In this document: positions 1 to 11,458 of the stretch, piece after piece
Position numbering within the stretch: position 1 is the first letter of the stretch
Layout of the letters: each line of letters opens with the position of its first letter
From: Fonticula alba ATCC 38817
Lineage: Eukaryota > Protista > Nucleariida
Assembly (NCBI GenBank): GCA_000388065.2
Contig: KB932211.1
Length of the DNA stretch: 21,577 nucleotides
Reading direction: 5' to 3' (one strand)
Translations under genes and position numbers: made by a program
The notes under the pieces: model-generated
The model's database searches: none
What the model was told of the DNA's origin: nothing
Seen by the model: only the letters and a program-made list of their open reading frames with translations

Positions 1-266
1 GCTCCTCCGGATTGTGATTCTGGTCGAATTCCTTTATATGGGGTTCGGTGTACGGACGGCACTCCGCGAAGCCGTGCCGCCGCTGCACCCCCCGCCCCCC
101 CCCCCCCCCCCGCCCGCCCGCCCGCCCGCCCGCAGACCACTCCCAGGCCGCCGTGCCGGGGGGGGAGAGGGACAAGGAGAGAAGCTGGGGCGGCCGGCCG
201 GGGGAACGTGTCCAGGGCCTGCACATACCAACGCATTATGAACCTCCGGTTCCAACGGATTGGTCT
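1..266 (-). CDS. Partial spliced gene of unknown function running off the left edge (exons about 229-266 and 1-82; start codon not located)
   Basis: A phase-0 intron at 83-228 (GTATGT donor at 228, GGTGCAG acceptor at 83) joins ...ETNPLEPEVHNAL to RRHGFAECRPYTEPHIKEFDQNHNPEE, which stays open to position 1 and is not low-complexity. No family recognised. Confidence 0.6.
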
Positions 267-1463
267 CTTTTGTGTGGCGCCCCGCCGCCGCCCTTCCGCC
301 GCGACAAGGGGGATCCAGAGCCACACCACACACACACACAGACGCGCACCCTCGGGCCCTGGGGAAGGAAGACACCCCCCCCCTTCTGTCCAGAGGACGG
401 CCGGACCCGGGGGAGGGGGAACCCCCGGCGGGGCCGGGAGGACGCCGTTCAATAGGCGGAAAGTGGGTATATTTGGGCGGGCATTATTATTTTTGCCTTT
501 CCCGTGGTTGCGCCCGTTTTCCGGCAGGCCCCTGCCTTCCCACATCAGGACGCCCCAGCCGGGGAAAAAGGACCCCTCTGTTATTGCCTCGGCAAAGCTC
601 CCTCCCCCGCCTGCCTGCCTGCCTGCCAGCTGGGACTGGAGGCCGGGGACACACAAAAAAGGGGGGTCCGCCCCTATCCCTGGGCCGGGGGTATACATGG
701 GGCCGGCCTTCCGCCTGGCGCCTTGCACGGGCCAGATGTTCCCCCCCGCCCCCCCCGCCCCCCCCAAGGCTCTCGTGCCCGGTGGGCCGGCGGCGGAAAA
801 GGGGCCGGGCGAGCAGGATTCCCTGCGTCCAGGGGCCCCTGTCCCCGATCGAGAGGCCAGGCCGCCGGCGCCCCGGTTTTCGGTGTTGTTGTTTCCCCGG
901 CGGCCATCCGACTGGCGAGCCTGGGGGGCCTTCATTTTTCCGTCCTCGCCCCGGGCCCGTGCACCAAGGCGGACCCGGACGCCGCACCACCGGGGCGCTT
1001 GGTCGTTCCCAGGGCTGGGGGGACTAGACCGGCGGCAGTGAACGTCCAGTTGGCACCCCCCCCCCCCAGCGTCCCAGCGGCGGGCGACGGTACAGTCTCG
1101 TCCGCGCCCGCCTGCGTCCGGTGGCCAGCCTGGGGCGCCCCCCCCCCCTGCCCCCAAAGAAGGCTGACGGGGCAAATGCTTCAAGGCCCCTCTCTGTCCG
1201 CCGGGGACTTGGGAGACCTGGGCACCCCGCTTCTCCTCCCCCTCCCCCCCCTCCTCCCCTCGCCCTCATTCCCTCGACTCCCTCCCTCCCCCCAGACCCG
1301 TTCGTCCTTGCCCGCCGCTCCGTCCCCTCCTCTCGCCCGATCGCCCGGCCCCCACTCACACATCCTTCTTCTTCCCCCTCTCTTTCTTTCGCCTTTCGCC
1401 TCTCTCTCTCTCTCTCACGCGCGTACACCCCCCCACTCTAACCTGCTCTCTGGGGCCCATCAG

Positions 1464-1494
1464 CCCACACCTTCGCCCTACCATCGCCGCGCGA
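1464..1494 (+). CDS. Candidate additional upstream exon of the MUN-domain gene
   Basis: Preceded by a long pyrimidine tract, a CTAAC branch-like site (~1438-1442) and CAG at 1461-1463. Followed by a GTGCAG donor at 1495. A phase-1 join to the CAG acceptor at 1650 gives PTPSPYHRRAN-RTMLGW, in frame with ATG 1659. It could instead be 5' UTR. Confidence 0.3.
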
Positions 1495-1658
1495 GTGCAG
1501 AGGGCCGCGCATAGCTCCGAGCGAGCGACGGTGGAAGAGCGCTCCCCCCCCCACCCCCCTCCCCGCCCACCCCCCAACACCACCCGGCCCACATCGGCGT
1601 AACCATCGCCCCTCCTCCCCCCTTCTCTCACCCCTCCCCGCCGCTGCCAGACCGGACC

Positions 1659-4600
1659 ATGCTTGGCTGGCCCGGCCCGGGCAGTCCAGCGGCAAAGGCC
1701 GACTCGACACACCCGGCCACGCCGACTGGCGTTTGCGTCGAGTGCATTGCACGCGCTGGCCCTGGCGCGCCGTGCAGCTGCCCGGTCCCGAAGCCCGGCT
1801 CTCCGGCCGTCGGGGCCGGGGGCCCTGGCCACGCCCTGGCCGGCCCCTCGGCCCACCAGCTCCTGATGGACCCCAATAGCAACCTCAACCATCGGTGCTT
1901 CTCACGGTGCGTGACTCGCTTCTGTGCCTCCCCCCCCCCTCCCCTCCGCCCCCCCTTCTTCATCCCTCGACTTACTCCTGGCAATGGGACCTCCCCCCCC
2001 CCCTCTCGGCCCGTCACCCTCGCGCCCCAGGCTCTATATCTGGGCGGTCCTTTGCGAGCAGCATGGTCTCACGCGCATGGCCAAGGTGAGCTATGCCCGC
2101 GCGCAGCGACGCCTCCTTAGTTTCATTCAGGACATTCAAGCAGCCCCGACACCTTCACCAGCAGGCCCATCACCGGATGGCACCTCCCGCGACCTGGCCC
2201 CAGATGAAGCCTCCAGCGAGGGTGCGTCTTCTTCCCCCTTCTCCCCCCTCGGGCTCCTCCCCCCTGCGGCTGTCTCTGCCATACTGCTGGGGCTGCTCCT
2301 CCATCTGACTGCTCGTCCCTTTCTGGCCCATGCAGATGACCACGCCTCGCGCCTCGAGAGCTTCCACCAGTTGCTGGCCAAGGTACGCCGGTGTTCAGGC
2401 TCACAGACCGCTCCTGGCTCATGCAACTGACTCCCCTCGGTGTCCGGCCATTCGTGTCCCCTTCCTCCTCGTAGCTTTCCACCATCATCGATAATCTGGA
2501 GGCCGCCCCGACCGACGTCAGCGAGAAGGTGCGTTTCGCCCCTCCTCCATTCTTGGGCCTGGCGTGTGTGTTTCCCCCCGGCCCATCTCTGACCACGGAT
2601 CGTGCTCTCCTCCTTCCCTCGGTGACCAGGCCTTCAAGCGGTCCTGGGTGGACTTCCTCGACTCGGATGCCACCTCCTTCACCAATCTGTCAGATGTCTT
2701 TCCCGTGCAACAGGCCTTCGATTTCATCCCCGGTGTCTGGTTCGTCCTGGCACCTGTCCTCCGCCATTCCTCTGTCTGCCTCCCTCTCCCTCCCCCCACT
2801 TACGCCTCTTTTCTCTCGTTCCTGTCTTTCTCTTTCTTTCTCTCTGTTTTTTGCTTTTCTCCTTCCCCCCCCCCTCTCCGCCTCCCTCACCCTCCCCCAC
2901 TCACGCCTCTTTTCTCTCGTCCCTGTCTTTCTCCTTTTTTCTTTCTATTTTTGCTTTTCTCCTTCCCCCCCTCTCCGCCTCCCCCTCCCTCGTAGCATTC
3001 GCGACGTGGTCGCTCCTGCCCGGGTGGACCTCTTCGACTTTGCCCAAATGCCAGACGAGGATCTCGACTCGGCCGGCAGTGAGTGCTCCGGACCCGGGGA
3101 CATCTCGGCCGAGCATGCCTCCCCTCGACCGACGGCCGAGGCCCCCATGGCCGACCGGGGCTCCGGGGACTTCGGCTCGCCCGGCATCGCGGGCCGGCTG
3201 TCAGTCACCGATGTCTCCCCAGCCCCACGGTCCAGCGTCAGTGGCGATGGGGGCGCTCTGGCCGGGCTCCCGCGCTCCTCCTCCACCTCGCTCCCCCGGT
3301 CGTCGACCATCGGGTCACCCTCGCTGCGGGACTCGGTAGCCTCGATGTTCGGCATCACGCCGGACCCGGTCCCGGTGGACCCGGCCCCGGCCCCGGCCCC
3401 CGCTCCGAATCCAGCTCCGCTTCCCCGAACGAGCGCCGGGCTATTGCCGGTCTCCTTTAGCCGGGGATTGGCCGCGTCCGGGACCTCGTGTCGGTGCTCG
3501 CGGTTGCGCTTCTGCGCCCCGGGCGCCGGGTGCCGGCAGCATGCGTGCCGGGTTCCCCCCGCTGGCGGAGTGCCGGTGGTCTCGCTCGCTCCGGTGGACA
3601 ACTTCCTGCGCGAGTTGTTCTACTCCTTCCACTACCACCAGCTGCAGTCATCGGATGCGATGGCGGCGGCGGCGGCAGCGGCGGCAGCCAGCGCCGACAG
3701 CCCCGGTCGTGGGCCCGACGCGGGCTCCCCCTCGATGCCGGCGTCGGCTGCCGGTCCGCCGTTGTCGCACCTGCTCGAGGGCGGGCGCATGACCTACCGC
3801 CTGGGGCGCTACTTCAATGCCTACACCGCCCCGCTGCTGGACGCCGAAGGGACCATCCTGCCGGCCGACGTGCTGGAGCCCTACCTGTCGCCGGTTGTTC
3901 GTGGGCCTCCTCATGGCTCGGGGCCCGCCGCCGGGGCGGGCCCCGGGCAGGGTGCCCCCCGGTCGACCGACCGCCGGCGCGGGTCCCTCCTCGCCATCGA
4001 TGCCCCGGGCAATCCACCCGCCGGGGCCCCGGGTCCCACGTTGGCCAACACCACAGGGCTGGCCTCCGGCGACGCGCACCAGCCCTCCACCACCCCGAAG
4101 GGCGCTCCCCGGTCGGAGGATGCAACCGCCGGATCCGGGCCAGCATCTTCCGGCACCGGGCCCTCAGGGTCCAATGCCCCGCCCGAGGGCAACCACACCA
4201 GTCACATGTATCTGCCGAACTTGATTGCCGGGCTGCTCCGGCGCTCCGGCGTCCTGGCGGTGGACTTCGAAACCGGCTTCCCGAGGCTCTCCCAGATCAC
4301 CAGCGCCACGCAGGCCAACCTGTCGCCGGCCGGCAGTCGTGTGCTGGAGACGCGCCTCAACACGCCGTTGCGCTATGGCCGGTCCCTGGCGGCCGACGGC
4401 CTGGCCGAGGCGCCGGCCCTGTGCTCGGCGCATGCGTCCCTGGCGCCGGCCCTGCGGGACGCTCCCTTCGCGCAAGCCTGCCAGCCGGACGGCCTGCTGG
4501 CCCTCGCCGGGCCGTGCGCCGGGCCGACCACCGGCAGTGGGGTTTGCATCGCGCGTCTGGCGGCCAATGCCCTCCCGAGTGATGGGAGCACCAGCCCCGA

Positions 4601-7600
4601 CGCCGACATCCCCCCTGGGGGCCACCACTTCCCCCTGGTGCGCATGCCGGTCGAGCTGGCCGAGGCCCTGTCGTGTCTGTTGTCATCATTCCCGCGCGAG
4701 GACACAGTCTCGAGTGCTGCGACGGGATCGGAAACCGGGGCAGCCGCCGCCAGCACCAGCACCAGCACCAGCGCCAGCGCCAGCGCCAGCGCCAGCGCCA
4801 GCGCCAGCGCCACGGTGGCCGCCGACTGGCGCGAGCCGCTCAGCCAGCTGATTGCCCAGCTTGGCCGAATCGTCGTGCAGAAGGTCCCGCAGCCAAGCCA
4901 GGCCGAGCGGCATTCGCGCCCGGCCACCTTATCGCCATTGCTGCATCCCGGCCTGCCGGATGCCGGGCATCAATTTGCCGACGCCCTGGCGCCGGGTGGC
5001 GGCGGGGGGGCCGCGTACTATCGACGCCCGGCGGGCCGGCCCTCGGGGAGCGCCTTGCCGGCGCTCAGCACGATTCCCGGCTGCGCGGGCGAGGTGGCCC
5101 CCACGGCCACGACCATTCCCCCGTCGGCCGCGGCGGTCGCAGCCACCGAACGGTCGGTTCTCTCGCTGTCGGCGGCCTCGCGCTCGCGGTCTTCCTCCTT
5201 CGGGGCGTCCTCCTCGCCGACCTCGTTGGCGCGGCTGCACCTGCGGTCGTCGGCGGCCGTGTCCTCGGCTGGGGGCTCGTCCGGGCCGCTGGCCTCGCCG
5301 CTGAATCCCCCCTCGCCCTTGAGCCAGCTGGCCTTGCCGGCGCTCCTGCACCCGGCCACCGGCGGCGGCGGCGGCGGCGGCGCCGTCATCCCTGGCATCG
5401 GGGCCGCCGACATGGACATCATCGTCACCGGCCTGCGGGAGGAGGATGAGGACGCCGATGCCGATGACGACACCACCGACGAGGTCCTCCGGGACTCCTG
5501 TCTGCCGGGGCCGCTCAACCCGCCGGACGGCCTGGCCGAGGCGCTGCTGCTGCTGCCGCCGGCCGACAGCATTGCCCCGGCCTGCCAGTGTTTCACCGGG
5601 CGCCTGGCAGCCAGCACCACGGCGCGGACGCTGGCCGCCAACTGCGTGTGTCCGGTCTCCTGCGGGAATTGCTTCCCCGATGGGGCCTTCCTGGGCCAGC
5701 GTCTTGGGGACCTGCGCCGGGATGCCCTGGCCGCGCACATTGAGATGACCACCCTGTCGGTGTGGTCTCTTTCCTCGCCGGGGCACTCCATGAGTGCCTC
5801 GGTGTTCGGCTTGCTGGCTTCCAACGAGACGGACGAGTTCGAGTCCTGGCGGGTGTCCCTCTACTCGCACATTGTCTCGCACCTGACCAACCTGTCGCCG
5901 GATCGCCGGGTGCGCCCGGTCAGTGTCCATGATCTCCGGTCCTCGGCCACCAACCCCGCTGGCTCGCCCTCGCCGGGGCCGGCGTCGGCCTCCCCATCCC
6001 CGGGGCCTGGCCCGATGCCGCTGTCGGCGGGCGCCGGGCGGCCGCGCACCCTGAGCGGCCTCGGCCCTCGGCCGTCGGCCCCCGGCCTTGGGCTCCCCCG
6101 CCGCGATGCCACGGCCGCCTCGTATACGGACATTTCGTCGGTCGCTGGTTCCAGCGCTACCAGCACCGCCAGCACCGCCAGCATCGCCGGCACCCCGCCG
6201 CCGGCGACCCCCAGCGGCGATGTCTACCTCGGGCACCTGCGCCACGTGTCGCAGGGGCTCTTTGGCCGGCATGTGGAGCTGGACTTCAGCCAGTTGGAGA
6301 GCGGCACCGCCAACCGCCATGCGCGCTCCTTCGCCGTGTCGTCGCCCGATGTGTCGCTCTCCTCGTCCATGTCCTCGATCGACACCATTTCCTCCATCTC
6401 TCCGCTGATGCCCGGTGAGGCTGAGGACAGCCAGCCATTGAGCGTGCTGGCTGTCGTGTCGTCCGCCTTCCCGGCTCGGGCGTCGGAGCTCCTGTCGGCC
6501 AGCCAGCGGGCCACCCTGCGTGCGGCCACCATTGTCGATCTTTGGATGGCCTCTCTGCAGCTGTATGCCCGACCGGGCGAGGTCGCCGCGACCGCCGGCC
6601 TGTGCGTTGCCCCTTTGTCTCTGCCTTTGTCGTGGATTGCCGCTCTGTCTGCTCCCCCTGTCCGCTTGTTGCCTCGATCCCGGGCGTTTTCCAGGCCAGC
6701 CTCTGACACCCCCCCCGCCCCCCCTGCCCCGGCGCCTCCAGCTCGAGCCTCGAGTCGCTGAATATGCTGAATCACTCGCTCTTCGCCATGTCCCTGCGCC
6801 ATGCCGTGTCGCCGATTTCTCTGTTGCTGCTGCCGCTGGTCTTCATGTCCATCCACTTCCGTGTATCCGAGGAGTACGTTCAGCTGCTGGATGAGCAGCT
6901 GAATTTCATCTTCGGTCTGTGCGGCGTGGCGGAGTACACCGGCCGCGGGCGGCCGGGCCTCTTCGCCGAGATGGTCACCAAGCGCCCCCTCATGGTTTGC
7001 CCATTCGAGGTGCGTCTACTCTGCTCGCCTTCTTCTGTCTTCTGGCGGTCTACTTTCTTTCCGCCCTGTGTTCTCCTCACACCAATCCTGCCCGTGGGGT
7101 TCTTCTCCTACTTTCGTTGCCTCTCCCTCACACGCACTTTCTTTCGCACACTCTCTGTCCCCCCCCCTCCCCCCTCTTCCTCCCGCTCCAAAGCGTGAGC
7201 TGGCGCACGGCGTGAAGCTTTGCATCTTCCGGTCCATCCGTCAGGTCCTGCTAGACCTGAAGTTGAATGTCCCACCTCTGGAGATGGATGCCACGCTGGC
7301 CACCCTGCGAGCGGCCATCGAGCAGGCACTCAGCATCGGTGCCATCGGCCCCCCGCAGTACATCAACTACACCGGGTCCGGGCATTTGCTGTCCATGTCC
7401 AGCATCAGCGAGCTCCTGGCTGGGTCCCTGTCCCGGGCAGCCGCTCAGACCGGCGACTCCGGGGCCGGGGGCAACACGCAACCCCCGAGCTCCATCGAGG
7501 CGGAGCTTCTTCAGTACCTCCCGTGCCGAGCGAGCCACACGACTGGCGGGGCTTTCGGTGCGGACGAGCACCATGGCGGCCCCGGCGCCGATGGTGGGTC

Positions 7601-10600
7601 CGGCATGGGCCCGGCTGACTCGGGGCTCGGCCGGTCTGGCAGTAGTGGCAGCACCAACTCCACGGGTGGCTCCGGCAGTGGGACTCCAAAGGCCCCCGGG
7701 TCCGGCGGGCCCCCGTGTCTGGTCAATGCGACGCTGCTGGGCAATTCCATGAACCTGCGCCACACGACGATGTTCTCCTCGCCGGCCATATCTTCCCTCC
7801 GGGCGCCGACCGTGTCCGAGACATCTCCCTATCCGGACCTGGTCCGGCGACTGTACGCCGGGGGGTCGGGCGCCACGCGGCTTTTCTGGCTGGCGGGCCC
7901 CGGGGCTCCTGGCGGGTCTCAAGCGCACCTCCTGCTGCCGGTGGACCGGTCCCTGCCCGAGGCCGGGGACGGGCTGCTGGCTTTGCGCGAGCGGACTCTC
8001 TTTGCCCAGTGCCACAGCCGTCTGGCGTACGAGCATGCTGGCAGGGCGCGCGCGCAGTCCACCGCATCCACCATGTTGCAGATGTTCCTGGAGCACAGCT
8101 TCATCGTGCGGTATTGCGCTTTGGCGGTGCAGGACCCGCGTATGGCCTCGGCTGCCGGGCTGGCGGAGATTCTCGCCCGGCGGGATGTCGGCGTGGACTT
8201 CAGCGCCGGGCGTCTGCTCATCCTCTTTGAGCGCATCGAGGCCGACGCCCAGGGCGTGGTGCAGTTCTTCAATACCATGTCCGAGTGCGTGCCTGGCCCT
8301 TCCTTTTCCCCATCCGCCACGCTCTTCTGTTGCCTCCCGGTTGCTGGTCCTTCTTCTTGGGCAGCCGCCTGCCTGCCGGCTTTTTAACCCCCCCCCCTTC
8401 CTCTCCTTGCCCCTAGCTTCTCCCTGTTGGAGCTTTACCTTGATGTCTTCTGGGGGCTGTTCCATGTGGACTTTGTGCGCTTCTCCCTGACCGAGACTCA
8501 CCTGAGCCGGCGATCGGCTCCCTTGTTGGGCAAGGCCTTCTCCGCCCTCAGTGAGGCGTCAGCCCTGAGCACGGTCGTTGCGCGGACCAATGCCAAGCGT
8601 ACCTTCGGCCGGCATGTCGGCGGAGCCAGCGCCGGCACGGGCGGCGGCGGCAACAGCGGCGGCAGCGGCAACAGCAGCGCAGCCGGTGGAGGTGCAGCCG
8701 GCGGCCCGGCGGCAGCAGGGACCCGGCCCGGTTCCTCCACCAGTGCCATGCCTGTGGCGGCCGGCCCGCCCAGCAGCTCCGGTTTGCCTCCCCCGCCGGG
8801 GTCGATCTTGTCGACATCCGTATCGTCGACCTCCTCCGGGGCCTCCTCCTCGTCGGTTTCCTCCGGCTCTAGTGTGTCGGGTTCTTCGGGTGTGGGGGAT
8901 TCCCGGGACACGCTCGGGCCGCGCCCCGGTCGGCCCCTTTCCCAGCATGATGCCGATCTCCTGGCAGCGGGTCCCGGCGTTGTGGGCGCCGGGCTCGATG
9001 CCCCGGCTTCCGGGGCTCGACGCGACTATCCGGCCTATCCGACGGAGCTGTCGGCCAGCGACACGCTGCGGCTGCTGACCGAGGCCAGCTTCGCCAAGTC
9101 CTCCTTCTCGGCCCTGCGCAATGACCGTGTGCACACCATTGATCGGCATTCCTTCCGGCTGGCGCACCGCCTGCATGCGGTCACCCAGCGCTGGCGTGAG
9201 TTGGGGTACATGACGCGCGATTGTCGGCTGAACTTGGTGGTTTTGCCGAGCGATGCGCCTTCCTCCTCGCCGGGGAATTCGTCTCCCCCCTCGCCGACGG
9301 GCGGCCTGCCGGAGCCGGCCTCGGGCACCCGGGCTGCTGGCAAACCCCCCGGCAATGCCTCCGACCGGGAGGGTGTCCCGACCGGGCCCCCCTCCGATGA
9401 GAGCCTCGATTCCTGGCGCACGGTCTTCCAGGGAGTGGTGGTTGCTTGGATGTTGCAAACCAGCACCGTCATCGGCCATTGGCTGAATGCCTCGGTCGAT
9501 CGGGACACCTATGCTCCGGTGCAGCTTCGTGCCCCGACGGTGGCCATGCTCTCGACGCTGGCCAACATGACGGGGGGATTCTCGGCGGTTGTCGGGGCCC
9601 CGGCCCAGCAGCAGCAGCCGCCGCCGCCGCCGCCGCCGCCCGGCTCGAGTAGGCCCCAGTCACCCTTCCTGGGCTCGGCCCTGGCATTGGCCGCGGCCAC
9701 CGGCGATGGGGTGATCCGCCTCAATTGCAGTTCGTCCATGGTGGATTTGCTCACCTCTTCGGTGTTCATGATGCGCGCCACTCGGTCGTTGGACTTCCTC
9801 CAGGCGCCGGTCACCGGGCCGACGGTGTCCGCCACCATGTCGCCCTCCGACAGTGGCATCCCCCTGTCGGCTTTCCGGGTGTTGCCCTTCGATCCGGCCC
9901 GGTCGTCGGCCGAGCCGCTGGACCATCGGCTCGGCCCTATGCTGCTGGAATCCGACTCGGCCCTGGCCTTTGCTCGGAGTCCGAGCGCCGGGGGCCTTCC
10001 GCGGGCAGTGGCCGACCTCCTGCGCGAGCATGTCCTCAAGTTCGCCAGCGACTATGTCCTGCGCATCACCTATCACGACTTGTCCTATGTGACGGAGGAG
10101 TTCTCCAAGAAGTTGATGAGCCTCTCGCGGCCGGAGTTCGACCTCCGCGGGACCCCCATCGGGTATCCCTACCTGCGTAGCGTGGCAGACTTGCTGCGCA
10201 CGCGGGCCACCTCTTCGATGACCGAGTCCCGGCTCTTCTTCGAGCTCTCCCAGTCCATGTGCATGCGCTTGAACAACTTGCAGGCCCTGTGCGATGTCCA
10301 TGACCAGCTGTATGCCGAGCTGGCTCCTGGCCTGTTGGCCACCGGGGCCACGGATGTGGCCCTGCCAAGTCCCGGCCCTCCGGCGGCCCCCTCGGAGCCG
10401 GTGATCACTTGTCGCCGGCGCTTCACCGCTCGGCCGGGCTTCCTGCAGGCGGTGCTCTCGGCCCAGTGTTCGACCTTCGTGCGGCAGTCGCTCTTTGAAT
10501 TGGAGTCCTCGGCCTTGGGCACCTCCGAGCCGGTCCCCAGCACCTGGCCCGGGTCTCCCTTCCGGGCCACGACCAGCCGAACCGCTTCCCTGCGACTGGG

Positions 10601-11390
10601 GTCCTGCGCGGCGTCGGCCTCCGGAAGTGGTGGCCCCTGTCGGACGGCCTTCTGCCATCGGTTCCTGTTGGAGACTGCCTCCGGGCCGGGGCTCGCCGGG
10701 AACATGGGGTCCTTCTGTTCGTGCGCATCCCTGTCTCGCGGTGGCAACACCGGTGCCGGTCTCGGCGACGGCCTCGGCAGCCCGGCCGCCGGGCCTGCCG
10801 CCGGTGCGTCGTGTCTGCTTCATGGCACCCTCTACTCGGCGCACCCTCGCGAATCTCTCGGGCACATGGCGCAGATGTTCCAGCTGGCAGATGATCCCCG
10901 GCACCCGGCCTTCGGCCCGACGGCATCCGGCGCCGGGGCCACGTCGCTGGCTGACCGCCAGCGCTTGACCGAATTCTCGTCCGGCCTCCTGGCCTCGGCC
11001 ACATCGGCCGCCGCCACGCTGCCGACCGGTGCCCTGCGTGCCATCTGGCTGGCCTTCTCCATGCCGCAGGCGACCCTCTTCCGTCGGGCCGCAGGCGGCG
11101 ACTCCCCGGTGGACGGCCTGCAGCAGGAGGTCGAGGGGGTCTCCCCGTCGGCCTTCTTCACCGTCAGCCCGGCCATCACCCTATCGGCGGTCTTCTCCCT
11201 GTGGCGTGATGCCGGTCGCTTCAGGACCTTTGCCCTGGAGCGTGCCACCGTCCCGGCCGACCTGGGGTTCCTGGCCTCCGGGCCGGTGTACGACAGCAAG
11301 CAAATTGTGTCGCGCTCGTTGTTGATGCTGATCAACCTCCTGTCGTCGAAGGTGAATGCCCTCGCCACATCCTCCCTCCCTCTCTTTCTT

Positions 11391-11458
<68 letters not shown>

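Noticed and set aside
208-1514. ORFs of 250-340 aa in the divergent spacer left of the MUN gene
   Set aside because: They are Pro/Arg/Gly-rich translations of poly-C and GC tracts with mostly non-ATG starts; more likely promoter, UTR or intron sequence.
6415-6420. GTGAGG as the donor ending the largest MUN-gene exon
   Set aside because: Its phase 1 does not fit the acceptor at 6741, whereas GTATGC at 6563 does and preserves a PATROL1-like helix.
2529-6761. 1,410-aa ORF treated as a stand-alone gene
   Set aside because: It starts at an intron donor (GTG) and reads through pyrimidine-rich introns at both ends; only 2996-6562 is exon.
3488-10904. Many long overlapping or antisense ORFs (e.g. 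4929-6320, 7251-8501, 9660-10904)
   Set aside because: They are Arg/Gly/Pro-rich shadow frames expected opposite a GC-rich coding sequence, with no recognisable motifs.
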